Positions 1 through 8,434 of a stretch of 64,000 nt of DNA are shown here, piece after piece (the stretch's first letter is position 1; the number at the start of each line of letters is the position of its first letter). The notes below the pieces were generated by a model. It made no database searches. It saw nothing but the letters and a program-made list of their open reading frames with translations, and was not told the origin of the DNA. A program made the translations under genes and the position numbers. Origin of the DNA: an uncultured Alphaproteobacteria bacterium (GTDB lineage: Bacteria; Pseudomonadota; Alphaproteobacteria; CAAGCB01; CAG-977); NCBI GenBank assembly GCA_934277945.1, contig CAKQWA010000005.1, forward strand, positions 7,022 through 71,021. Reading direction: 5' to 3'.

Positions 1-1
1 G

Positions 2-238
2 ATTGATAAGGATTTGATGCTGGATTTGATTAACAAAGGCGTTGAAATCAACACTTTTGAAGAACACACGATTGTCGGCGGATTAGGCAGTGCCGTTGCC
101 GAAATCATCGCGGAAAGCGGCAAGGGCGTTAAATTCAAACGCTTCGGCATTCCCGACGTGTTTTCGCACTATGTCGGCAACCAGTATTACATCAAGGACA
201 AATTCGGTCTGAATTTTGACAAGCAGGAGAACAGCTGA
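2..238 (+). CDS. transketolase C-terminal subunit, 3' end only (5' end off window)
   Basis: Frame is open to the window edge. EEHTIVGGLGSAVAEIIAE...FGIPDVF resembles the C-terminal domain of split transketolases. Its stop overlaps the next start (TGATG). Confidence 0.6.
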   Translation: MDKDLMLDLINKGVEINTFEEHTIVGGLGSAVAEIIAESGKGVKFKRFGIPDVFSHYVGNQYYIKDKFGLNFDKQENS

Positions 239-1251
239 TGTTTTTGTACGATTTCTTAAAAGAGGAATACGATCGAATCAATCTTAAATCCGATTTGACG
301 GAATTAAGAGGGAAAACTTTTTTTATTACCGGTGCGAACGGCTTAATCGGCAGCAACGTCGTCAACGTCTTGTATCATCTGAACGAAAAGCATGGCTTGG
401 GACTGAAAGTCGTCGGGCATTCATTTTCAAAACCGGTCGCGTGGCTGCCCCAAAATGAAAATTTCACTTATCTGACATCGGATTTGGCAGAAACTCTGCC
501 GGATGTGAAATTTGATTATCTGATTCACACGGCAACGTACGGACAACCCAAAAAATTCATTCAAAACAAGCTGGGAACCGTTAAATTAAATACTGAAACG
601 TTGATTAAATTGTTGGAAATGAGCAAGCGGAACGCCGCAAAAGTATTGTTCATCAGTTCTTCGGAAATATACGGACAGGTTCCTTTAAACGTTATGCCCG
701 TCAAAGAAACATATTTCGGCAATGTCGATACACTGTCCGAACGAGCGATCTATGCGGAATCAAAACGCTTGGCGGAAACCGTTTGCAATGTTTTCGCGCA
801 AGACGGCTTATGGGTGAAAATCGTGCGTTTGGCAATCGGCTACGGTCCGGGGGTTAAATACTCCGACAGCCGTTTCATGAACGAATTTATCAAGCGTACG
901 CTGAAAGACGGTGAATTGACAATGATGGACGCCGGACGCGCAATTCGATGCTTCTGCTTCATTTCGGACATTGTCGAAATGATGCTCAACACGCTGTTGT
1001 CGTCGAAAGAAATGCTTTACAACCTTGCCGGCGTTGACAACAAAACAATCCGTCAAGTCGCCGAAATGATTACGCAAAATTTAAACGCACCGCTTCATCT
1101 GCCGAAAGAAGAAGAAAAAATCGGCGGCACTCCTCCCCAACTGGCGTTGGATAACGGCAAATACTGTACGGAATTCGGCAAAACCGACTTTGTCGATTTT
1201 GAAACGGGACTGAAAAAAACAATCGAGTGGCTGAAATTATTAAAGGAATAA
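238..1251 (+). CDS. NAD-dependent sugar epimerase/dehydratase (extended SDR)
   Basis: Rossmann motif FFITGANGLIGSNV and catalytic YAESK (YxxxK). 337 aa, translationally coupled to the upstream gene. Confidence 0.8.
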   Translation: MFLYDFLKEEYDRINLKSDLTELRGKTFFITGANGLIGSNVVNVLYHLNEKHGLGLKVVGHSFSKPVAWLPQNENFTYLTSDLAETLPDVKFDYLIHTATYGQPKKFIQNKLGTVKLNTETLIKLLEMSKRNAAKVLFISSSEIYGQVPLNVMPVKETYFGNVDTLSERAIYAESKRLAETVCNVFAQDGLWVKIVRLAIGYGPGVKYSDSRFMNEFIKRTLKDGELTMMDAGRAIRCFCFISDIVEMMLNTLLSSKEMLYNLAGVDNKTIRQVAEMITQNLNAPLHLPKEEEKIGGTPPQLALDNGKYCTEFGKTDFVDFETGLKKTIEWLKLLKE

Positions 1252-1255
1252 AAAA

Positions 1256-2302
1256 GTGGAAAATAAACTTCCTAAAATATCAATCATTTCACCTGTTTTT
1301 AACATCATTAAATCAGGGCGCGAACCTTTTTTTCGCCAAATGATAGAAAGCGTCCATAATCAAACATATACGAACATTGAGCATATTGTTCAGGATGGCG
1401 GTTCAACAGACGGAACGATTGAAATACTGAAAGAATACGCCGACAAAGGATGGATAACATTTTACAGTGAAAAAGATAAAAACGTTCACGATGCCATAAA
1501 CAAGGCTTTTGACAAAATAAGTGGCTCTTTTTTTGGAATTTTGGGAAGTGACGACTACTATAAATCACCCGATATGATAGAAGATGTTGTTCAAAACTTT
1601 ATTTTAAAAACAAATCCCGATTATGTCTATGGAGATCAGGAAAACATTTCTGCAACAGATGGCTCTCCTATTTTTCTTTGGAGGGGAGATGGTTACATAA
1701 ATGAGTTTTGGAGAGGCGTTTCATATAATACATTAAGTATGTTTTTTTCAAAGAAAATGTTCGAAGAAATAGGACGCTTTGATATCAATTATCCTGTTGT
1801 TGCCGATTTAAAACTACAAATGAAAATGAGATTTGATGATTACACAGGAGCTTATTGTAATCGAATAATAACCGTTTTCCGTGAAGGCATCGGATTATCC
1901 AGTCAGGAGGATACATTATTTTACCATAAAAACGAATATGCTGAAATTTGTTATGAAATTTGGAAAAAATTCGATGCTTCATTGGCAGTTGAAGACGGCG
2001 AATATATGATTAAATACAATTATTATCCAGAAAAATTTTTAATGCGATTGCGTCGTTATATAATCGGATTGAAATTAAAGAATCTGGATTACATTAAATT
2101 CAATCGTTATATTGAAGAAAAAATAAATTTCTTTGCATCTTCAAGTAATAAAAAAACAGAAGCTGCCAAAATAAAACAATACAACAAAGTTTATATTCGT
2201 CTTTTTACTTTGTTTCCGATTGTTAAAATAACAAGAAAAGGAAATGTTATTCACGTCTTCTTGTTTGGTTTTATTCCAGTTTTAAAAATCAAAAAATCGT
2301 AA
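1256..2302 (+). CDS. family 2 glycosyltransferase
   Basis: ISIISPVFN...HIVQDGGSTDGT...GSDDYY, typical GT-A/GT2 N-terminal motifs. Very AT-rich. Confidence 0.75.
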   Translation: MENKLPKISIISPVFNIIKSGREPFFRQMIESVHNQTYTNIEHIVQDGGSTDGTIEILKEYADKGWITFYSEKDKNVHDAINKAFDKISGSFFGILGSDDYYKSPDMIEDVVQNFILKTNPDYVYGDQENISATDGSPIFLWRGDGYINEFWRGVSYNTLSMFFSKKMFEEIGRFDINYPVVADLKLQMKMRFDDYTGAYCNRIITVFREGIGLSSQEDTLFYHKNEYAEICYEIWKKFDASLAVEDGEYMIKYNYYPEKFLMRLRRYIIGLKLKNLDYIKFNRYIEEKINFFASSSNKKTEAAKIKQYNKVYIRLFTLFPIVKITRKGNVIHVFLFGFIPVLKIKKS

Positions 2303-2326
2303 TTTTTATCACAAAAGGAGCTGAAT

Positions 2327-3490
2327 ATGAAATACGAATTGGCAAGTTCGTCTTGGGACGATAAGGAAATAGCGGCAATTCAAGATGTCATCCGCCGCGA
2401 TTGCTATACTATGGGCAAATCGGTTCGAGAATTTGAAGAAGATTTTGCACATTACACGAATCACAAATACTGCGTCATGGTCAATTCGGGATCTTCGGCG
2501 AATTTGCTGGCAATCGCCGCCATGTTCTATAAAAAGGACAATCCTTTGAAACGAGGCGACGAAGTCATCGTTCCCGCGGTTTCTTGGGCGACAACGTATT
2601 ATCCGCTGTACCAGTACGGGCTGCATTTGAAGTTTGTCGACGTGAACCTTGAAACACTGAATATGGATATGGACGCGTTAAGAGCGGCGGTAACGGATAA
2701 AACCCGTTTGATTTTCGCCGTAAATCTGCTGGGCAATCCAAATGAATTCGCTGCAATTCAAGAAATTATCAAAGGCCGTAACATCACTCTGTTGGAAGAC
2801 AACTGCGAATCTCTGGGCGGTGTGTACGACGGAAAACCGTTGGGGTCTATCGGATTGATGGGAACGTATTCGACGTTCTTTTCGCATCATATGGCGACCA
2901 TGGAAGGCGGCGTTGTCGGAACGGACGACGAAGAACTGTACGATATTCTGCTGTCGATCCGTTCGCACGGCTGGACGCGACATCTGCCGAAGGAAAACAA
3001 ACTGTGTGTGAAGTCTGACAACAATTTTGAAGAAAGCTGGCGTTTCATCTTGCCGGGATATAATGTCCGTCCTGTCGAAATGATGGGGGCGATTGGCGTC
3101 GAGCAGCTGAAAAAACTGCCCGAATTCATTCGTCATCGCCGTCAAAACGCCGAATATTTTAAAAAATTGTTCAGCGGCGACGATCGGTTCATCTTGCAGC
3201 GCGAAGTCGGTCAGTCAAGCTGGTTCGGCTTTTCGTTTCTGATAAACAAAGGCTTTGAAATCGACCGCAAGCACATCATTGATGTTTTAACGAAAGCCAA
3301 CATAGAAACGCGTCCGATTGTCGCGGGAAATTTCGCGCGTAAAGAAGTCGTTAAATGGTTCGATTACGAAATCTGCGGCGATCTGAAAAACGCTGATTAC
3401 ATCGACGCGCACGGTTTCTTCATCGGTAATCACCAGTTTGATATCAAAGACAAGCTGGATTACCTGAAAGAAACGCTGAAAACACTGTAA
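2327..3490 (+). CDS. DegT/DnrJ/EryC1-family PLP/PMP enzyme, ColD/E1(RfbH)-like sugar 3-dehydratase candidate
   Basis: 387 aa. SSWDDKEI...NSGSSANLLA fold signature. FFSHHMATMEGG has His where aminotransferases of this family carry the Schiff-base Lys. RBS AAAGGAG lies upstream. Confidence 0.75.
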   Translation: MKYELASSSWDDKEIAAIQDVIRRDCYTMGKSVREFEEDFAHYTNHKYCVMVNSGSSANLLAIAAMFYKKDNPLKRGDEVIVPAVSWATTYYPLYQYGLHLKFVDVNLETLNMDMDALRAAVTDKTRLIFAVNLLGNPNEFAAIQEIIKGRNITLLEDNCESLGGVYDGKPLGSIGLMGTYSTFFSHHMATMEGGVVGTDDEELYDILLSIRSHGWTRHLPKENKLCVKSDNNFEESWRFILPGYNVRPVEMMGAIGVEQLKKLPEFIRHRRQNAEYFKKLFSGDDRFILQREVGQSSWFGFSFLINKGFEIDRKHIIDVLTKANIETRPIVAGNFARKEVVKWFDYEICGDLKNADYIDAHGFFIGNHQFDIKDKLDYLKETLKTL

Positions 3491-3501
3491 GGAAGTAAAC
3501 A

Positions 3502-4518
3502 ATGCCGTCTTCGGAACGCAAAAAAATATCCGTCATCACAACGACCTTTAACCTGATTAAAGGCGGCAGAAAGGACGTTTTTATCGAAATGTTCAAAAGT
3601 GTTCACGGACAGACTTACCCGAATATCGAACACCTGATAATCGACGGCGGTTCCAAAGACGGCACGATTGAATTCATTAACGATGTCAATCGTCAATACG
3701 GCAAAAAACAGCTGGTTGTTTTTTCCGAACAAGACAAGGGCATTACGGACGCGACGAACAAAGGCGTCAGCCGTGCGACAGGTGATTATGTCATATTGAT
3801 GCCGTCAGACGATTATTATATGCGCAATGACGCCTTAGAATTGCTTGCCGCCAGCCTTGAACGAGAAAACGCCGACTTCGCGTGTGCTGACGGGTGGTGG
3901 CTATTCAAAGACGTATGGTTATGTGAATTGAATTCTTTCGTATATCGTCATCCGTTTTTAATCAGTACTATGCTGGGTAAAAAAAGCTTGTTTGAAAAAT
4001 ACGGTTTTTTTGATCCGGAACTTAAACTGGTGGCTGATTACGATCTGATGTTCCGGCTTTGCATGCAAACGAATGTTAAAGGTGTTGAAGTCCACAAAAC
4101 ATTGACTTGTCTGCGTCCGGGAGGAATTTCACAATCTTATAAAAAACAAAAATTATTCATAAAAGAAACATTGATATCATACCGCAAGTATTTGAACGGT
4201 CATTATCGCGACAAACAACTGAATGCACTGCATTTCGGGAATGTGTATCCAAAACTGATTTCTTTACTCGAAAGCAGAGAAATCAATTCAAATATTTTAA
4301 AATCCCTTGCGCTGTTAAAAACCTTACCGGCAAACAAGGTCAGAAAAATAAAACGAATCAAACACATGCTTGAAAACATTTTGTTTTTGCATTTTATCAC
4401 CCGTCCTGTCAAAAAAGCTCTCGGGTTAAAGAAACACTCTAACTCAGATTCTTATAAAGATAATATCCATCTTTGCGGCGGCAGAATAAAAAAAAGAAGA
4501 GGAAAAGCGGACGAATGA
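3502..4518 (+). CDS. family 2 glycosyltransferase (second copy)
   Basis: ISVITTTFN...HLIIDGGSKDGT...PSDDYY. Architecture is paralogous to 1256-2302. Confidence 0.75.
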   Translation: MPSSERKKISVITTTFNLIKGGRKDVFIEMFKSVHGQTYPNIEHLIIDGGSKDGTIEFINDVNRQYGKKQLVVFSEQDKGITDATNKGVSRATGDYVILMPSDDYYMRNDALELLAASLERENADFACADGWWLFKDVWLCELNSFVYRHPFLISTMLGKKSLFEKYGFFDPELKLVADYDLMFRLCMQTNVKGVEVHKTLTCLRPGGISQSYKKQKLFIKETLISYRKYLNGHYRDKQLNALHFGNVYPKLISLLESREINSNILKSLALLKTLPANKVRKIKRIKHMLENILFLHFITRPVKKALGLKKHSNSDSYKDNIHLCGGRIKKRRGKADE

Positions 4519-6339
4519 TGGCAAAAAATAACGATCTTTGTACCGGTTGTTCCGCCTGTGTTTCGATTTGTCCGGCGCAAGCCTTGGTTATGAAAACAGA
4601 TGAAAACGGTTTTTACAAACCGCAATTAAACGCCGATAAATGCATCTCTTGCGGACGGTGTGAAAAACTCTGTCCGCAACGGTATCGAGAGAAAAAAATA
4701 CCAGTACGCCGCCTCTTTATGTCTTCAACAACGATTCCGAAGCGGCGGTGAAATCGGCGACAGCCGGCGCGTTTCAAATTCTGGCAAAACATTTTATTGC
4801 GCGCGGCGGGCGGCAAGGTCGCGGGAGCGGCGTGGGGTGAAAATTGGCGTTGCGAACATATTTTGGTCGATAATGAAAACGATTTGAAACGTCTGTACAA
4901 AAGCAAATATGTACAGCCTTTTATGGAAGACGTGTTCAAACGCGTAAAAACGGAATTGGACGCGGGTATAAAAGTTCTGTTTTCGGCGCCGAAAAAGCGG
5001 ATAACAGATTCAGAGGGTTGAGGTTCCAATCCGTGTTGATAAATTCCGACAAGGGAAAAAAGCTGTTTGAAATCATCAAAGAAAACGTTTCGGAATATGC
5101 GCCCGTCCCGCTGCAAATTTTAATCAACATGCATCCGGTTCTGCAAACAAGATGGGCGGCGCACCCTTTACGCGACAGGATGTTCGATTTATTGCATCGT
5201 TTTCCTTTTCAAAAAGCATGCGATTACGTCCTTGAAAATAAGTTTGACGTCGGCATTGTCGGCGTTCCGACAAATCCGGATTTCGGCGGCGGATTAACAT
5301 ATCTGGCATTGAAATGGGTCGTCGAAGATATGGGAAAAACGTGTCTGATGATTTCCCCTCCAATAAATTTCAAAACAAATCCGTACAAAGATTACAAGCT
5401 TGCTTTTTATCCGTCAAAAGAAGCAATGCGCGAATTGAATTTCCGTTGCGGCATGTTTTCGGTCGGATCGGATCAGCTGTTTTCAACGCACTTTGTCAAT
5501 ACGGGAATTTTCGGAGAAATGCAGGAATTTTCAGCATTGGATTGGTCTTGGGACAGTAAAAAGAAATCCGCTTATTCCGCTTCGTTCGGCATGGACGATC
5601 TTGTTTGCCCGCAGGATATGAAAACAGAATGCGTTATTTCCTGCGTAAATTCGATTGCTTTTCGGTTCGAGAACGTTCCGCGGTCAATTTGTGCAAACGT
5701 GAATTCGGCATGGATGTTGATTTTGTGCTGAATCCCGTCTTTATGTGCAATAAAGACCATTGGACCGCGCTTATAAATCAAGGAAAGAAAGTGCGCGGCG
5801 TTACGGCGTACGTGCTGGACAGCAGTCCTGAAAAGAAACGCCTGATATCCGCCGTCGCAAATGAATTGTCCATGCCCGTCAATGAAATAGGCGATGCGGC
5901 GGTCGATATGGAAGATTGGCTGGCGGCTTTTGCTTCGGCTGATTTTATTGTAACGGATTCTTTCCACGGAACATGCTTTGCCATCATTTTCAACAAACCG
6001 TTCATCGTGGTTGCCAATGCACAACGCGGCGGAGCACGTTTCCGCCTGCTTGAAGAGTTCGGACTGCAAGACCGTCTGATAACTTCCTATGATAAAGCAC
6101 TGGCCGACATATCGGCGTTTATAAAACCGATAGCATGGAATGACATAAACGGGAAAATAGTGGCACTGAAACAGCAAAGCATGCTGCATTTATGCAAGGC
6201 TCTTGAACCGAAAGAAAAAGAAGTGTCCGATTACGACATTCTTTACGAAAAAATCAATACGGAAAAAGCGTTACTTTCCACCCGGATCAGCGAACTTGAA
6301 AGAATCGTCGCAAAAAAAATGTCGTTAAAAAACATCTGA
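4515..6339 (+). pseudogene. decayed fusion gene: 2x[4Fe-4S] ferredoxin / F420-dehydrogenase-beta-like domain plus polysaccharide pyruvyl transferase
   Basis: The reading frame is split over ORFs 4515-4751, about 4703-4812 (frame 2), 4797-5021, 5018-5731 and 5605-6339. Motifs include CTGCSACVSICP...CISCGRCEKLCP, SATAGAFQILAKHFIARGG, KSKYVQ and FIVTDSFHGTCFAIIFNKPFIVV. There are at least 4 frame changes, and about 150 aa appear to be missing after VLFS. Confidence 0.65.
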
Positions 6340-6437
6340 AAATACCGAAAGTCTTTACACTGCTGATTTGTTGTTTCATTCCGAAAAAGAAAAACAGGCG
6401 GCATTTTAGAAACAAATACATGAAAAAATGAACAAAA

Positions 6438-6461
6438 GGGGAGATGATATAACATCTCCCC
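6438..6461. terminator. bidirectional hairpin between the host locus and the tail-fibre chaperone gene
   Basis: GGGGAGATG-atataa-CATCTCCCC. The stronger T-tract is on the minus strand (TTTTGTTCATTTTTT). It lies 14 nt downstream of the minus-strand stop at 6475. Confidence 0.6.
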
Positions 6462-6474
6462 ACGTTTTTACAAA

Positions 6475-6798
6475 TTACGGCTTTTCCGGAAATATCACAT
6501 TATATGGGAAATCCTCCTGTTCCGGCAAATCGCGCAGTTTTTGCCGATATGTTTTAAAAGCGTCTTTTCGTTCCGGCGTTATCGGATAATCGCACAAAAC
6601 GTACTTGTCGCTTTCGCTTAAAAGTCTGTTACGTTCGACTCTGACCGCCTTTGCGACTTCACCGTCCGATGCCGGTATTGCGTTTCGGATAGCAAAAACA
6701 CTTCCGTCCCGAACGATTATCGCGTGATTATTGTTACACCAGACCGCCGCTTCGGGCGGATAGTCGTTTTCAAAAATTTGTCCGATATGATAAGTCAT
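6475..6798 (-). CDS. tail fibre assembly chaperone-like protein
   Basis: Start taken at MTYHIGQ, internal to ORF 6475-6855. C-terminus ERNRLLSESDKYVLCDYPIT...YRQKLRDLPEQEDFPYNVIFPEKP matches the phage tail assembly chaperone pattern. It sits immediately downstream of a fibre gene. Confidence 0.6.
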   Translation of the reverse strand: MTYHIGQIFENDYPPEAAVWCNNNHAIIVRDGSVFAIRNAIPASDGEVAKAVRVERNRLLSESDKYVLCDYPITPERKDAFKTYRQKLRDLPEQEDFPYNVIFPEKP

Positions 6799-6809
6799 TT
6801 TTCTTCTCC

Positions 6810-7670
6810 TTAATAGCCGCAAGCGGACCATGTAAAATACTGTGCGTTTCCGCAACTGTTTCCTAATCTGATATAAGAAACCGAAGCTTGAATGGCGTAA
6901 GATTCCGCTTGTCCGCTTGTTCCCAAAAGCGAATGGGAAAACGAGATCATATAATTTTTATCGGCAAACGGCTTTAACAGAGTAATGTCGGCGTACGTCG
7001 AAGCTTGTATCTGGATACGACCTCCCTGCTCAATCCAGCCGTCAGACCAAACCCGATACCACTCCGTGCCGCTGTGATACGTTTCCGTCACATACGGTTT
7101 GGTGCAATTCGACAGATCTTTATTCGCTTTCGTCCCCAGAATCGCCGCCGCGTGCGTTTCCGCCGATGCCGCATTTGTCGCCGATGTTTGCGCTTGCACC
7201 GCTTTCTCTCTTGCCGTATCCGCGTTTGCCCGCACTGAAACCGCCGCCGCCGCGCAATCCGACACGGCTTTGCGAATGCTCGGAATCAGGCTTGCCGCGT
7301 TCGTGTCGTCGAAGACGTCGACCGTCACCGCTCGCCCCGATTTTTCTTCCAACTGCTGCACCTGCATCGTCAACTTGTCAAAGCACCGTTCCAGCGTTTC
7401 CGCCGACAGAATTTCGTTTTCGCGGTAATCCGTTTCCTGCGTCAAGGGCACTTGCCGCATAATCACGATTTGCGCGTTGCTCGCGGGCGCCGTTTCAAAC
7501 GTCAGAGTCCCGCCCGACACCGTCCAGTCCGTGCGATCGCTCTGCACGCCGTTCAGCATCTGCCGCACGGTCAAATGCGATTTGTCCAGATACGGAAACG
7601 GAACGGTAAAATCTTTCGCCGCCCCGTTCCCCATGTAAGATATTTTATTTTGTTGACTGTTTACCGTCAT
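6810..7670 (-). CDS. tail fibre protein (T7 gp17-type N-terminal adaptor, WYRVWSDGWIEQGG-type C-terminal tip)
   Basis: Start taken at MTVNSQQ, with GAGGAAAAA upstream. YMGNGAAKDFTVPFPYL...IVIMRQVPLTQETDY resembles the podovirus fibre N-domain. It lies outside the 153-bp repeats. Confidence 0.7.
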   Translation of the reverse strand: MTVNSQQNKISYMGNGAAKDFTVPFPYLDKSHLTVRQMLNGVQSDRTDWTVSGGTLTFETAPASNAQIVIMRQVPLTQETDYRENEILSAETLERCFDKLTMQVQQLEEKSGRAVTVDVFDDTNAASLIPSIRKAVSDCAAAAVSVRANADTAREKAVQAQTSATNAASAETHAAAILGTKANKDLSNCTKPYVTETYHSGTEWYRVWSDGWIEQGGRIQIQASTYADITLLKPFADKNYMISFSHSLLGTSGQAESYAIQASVSYIRLGNSCGNAQYFTWSACGY

Positions 7671-7681
7671 TTTTTCCTCAT

Positions 7682-7704
7682 AAAAAAAGCGGGATTTCTC
7701 CCGC
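7682..7704 (-). terminator. intrinsic terminator immediately upstream of the fibre gene RBS
   Basis: Minus strand reads GCGGGA-GAAA-TCCCGC followed by T7. The T-tract ends about 3 nt before the GAGG RBS of 6810-7670. Confidence 0.55.
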
Positions 7705-7879
7705 CGTTCACAATCAACGCATTTTTCCAAATATATTACATTTTGTGATTATTTTTAAAAAAGTCAAGCAAAATCATCCGCCGCGCGCATTTCTCCCCTG
7801 CTTTGTTTACGCGTTCGACGGCAATGCAACAGAATAATACACAATGAAAGGTAGCATGCATACACCTCAAAACTGCGAA

Positions 7880-8032
7880 ACGGCAAAAGTCTGCGAACTG
7901 GCGGAAAATCAAGGGTTTGCGGGCAAAAAAGACGGTTTTTCAAGTGGTGCGGAAAATGGAGCGTTCGAACTCGAAAAACTCAATAAAAACAAAGGCTTGC
8001 AAGAAAATGCAAGCCTTTGTCCACGTTGGCTG
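7880..8032. repeat. left copy of the 153-bp direct repeat (attL-like)
   Basis: Hand alignment to 47771-47923 (offset 39891) gives 149/153 identity. The four mismatches are at 7942, 7944, 7945 and 7947. It contains a copy of the tRNA terminator hairpin (7991-8018). Confidence 0.9.
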
Positions 8033-8124
8033 CGCAAACTGGACAATCTTCGAAATCATCAGAATGAAATCAAAGCCTTGCAAAGTCGCGCCGAAACATT
8101 GCTTATTTTTATGCAATCAGCCGC

Positions 8125-8343
8125 TTAATCGCACATTTTATCGTACACAACATTATTCGCGTTCACCTGCCGGATCGTTTCGGGCGTGTCGCGCGCGTAA
8201 TCGGGGAAAACTGGTTTGTACACGTCACAAAAATCACCGCTTAAAACGGTCGTGCAGCCGTTCAACAACAGCAGGATCGTTAAGAGTGCCGCGAATACGG
8301 CAAATCTGATCCATCGTTTTTTTCTTTTTCTCAAAGTTTGCAT
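8125..8343 (-). CDS. o-spanin-like lipoprotein (Rz1-like)
   Basis: 72 aa. Basic N-terminus, hydrophobic stretch and a Cys (LLLLNGC). Partly overlaps the upstream TM-protein gene in another frame, at the end of the lysis cassette. Confidence 0.55.
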   Translation of the reverse strand: MQTLRKRKKRWIRFAVFAALLTILLLLNGCTTVLSGDFCDVYKPVFPDYARDTPETIRQVNANNVVYDKMCD

Positions 8344-8434
8344 TTCTTTCCGTCCTTTTTCCCAAAAAATAAGATAAAACCCCGATAGCCCCCATTAAAA
8401 GCGCGATCAGACCGAATAAGATTAAGTCGTTCAT
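8234..8434 (-). CDS. i-spanin-like N-terminally anchored protein (Rz-like, short)
   Basis: Start taken at MNDLILFGLIALLMGAIGVLSYF, with RBS AGAGGTGG. Single TM segment followed by a charged tail. Overlaps the o-spanin candidate by 110 nt. Confidence 0.45.
   Translation of the reverse strand: MNDLILFGLIALLMGAIGVLSYFLGKRTERNANFEKKKKTMDQICRIRGTLNDPAVVERLHDRFKR

Noticed and set aside
6460-6466. CCACGTT heptamer shared with the repeat end (8021-8027 and 47912-47918) as a possible true attL core. That would place the prophage boundary at about 6465.
   Set aside because: Seven bases is within chance expectation, and I saw no flanking half-site symmetry. It is kept only as an alternative boundary hypothesis, to be tested with junction reads.
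7844-8128. 94-aa ORF treated as an independent gene
   Set aside because: Most of it is the repeat copy of the integrase 3' end. It has no RBS, and its start is arbitrary. It is better read as the alternative integrase tail or non-coding att DNA.
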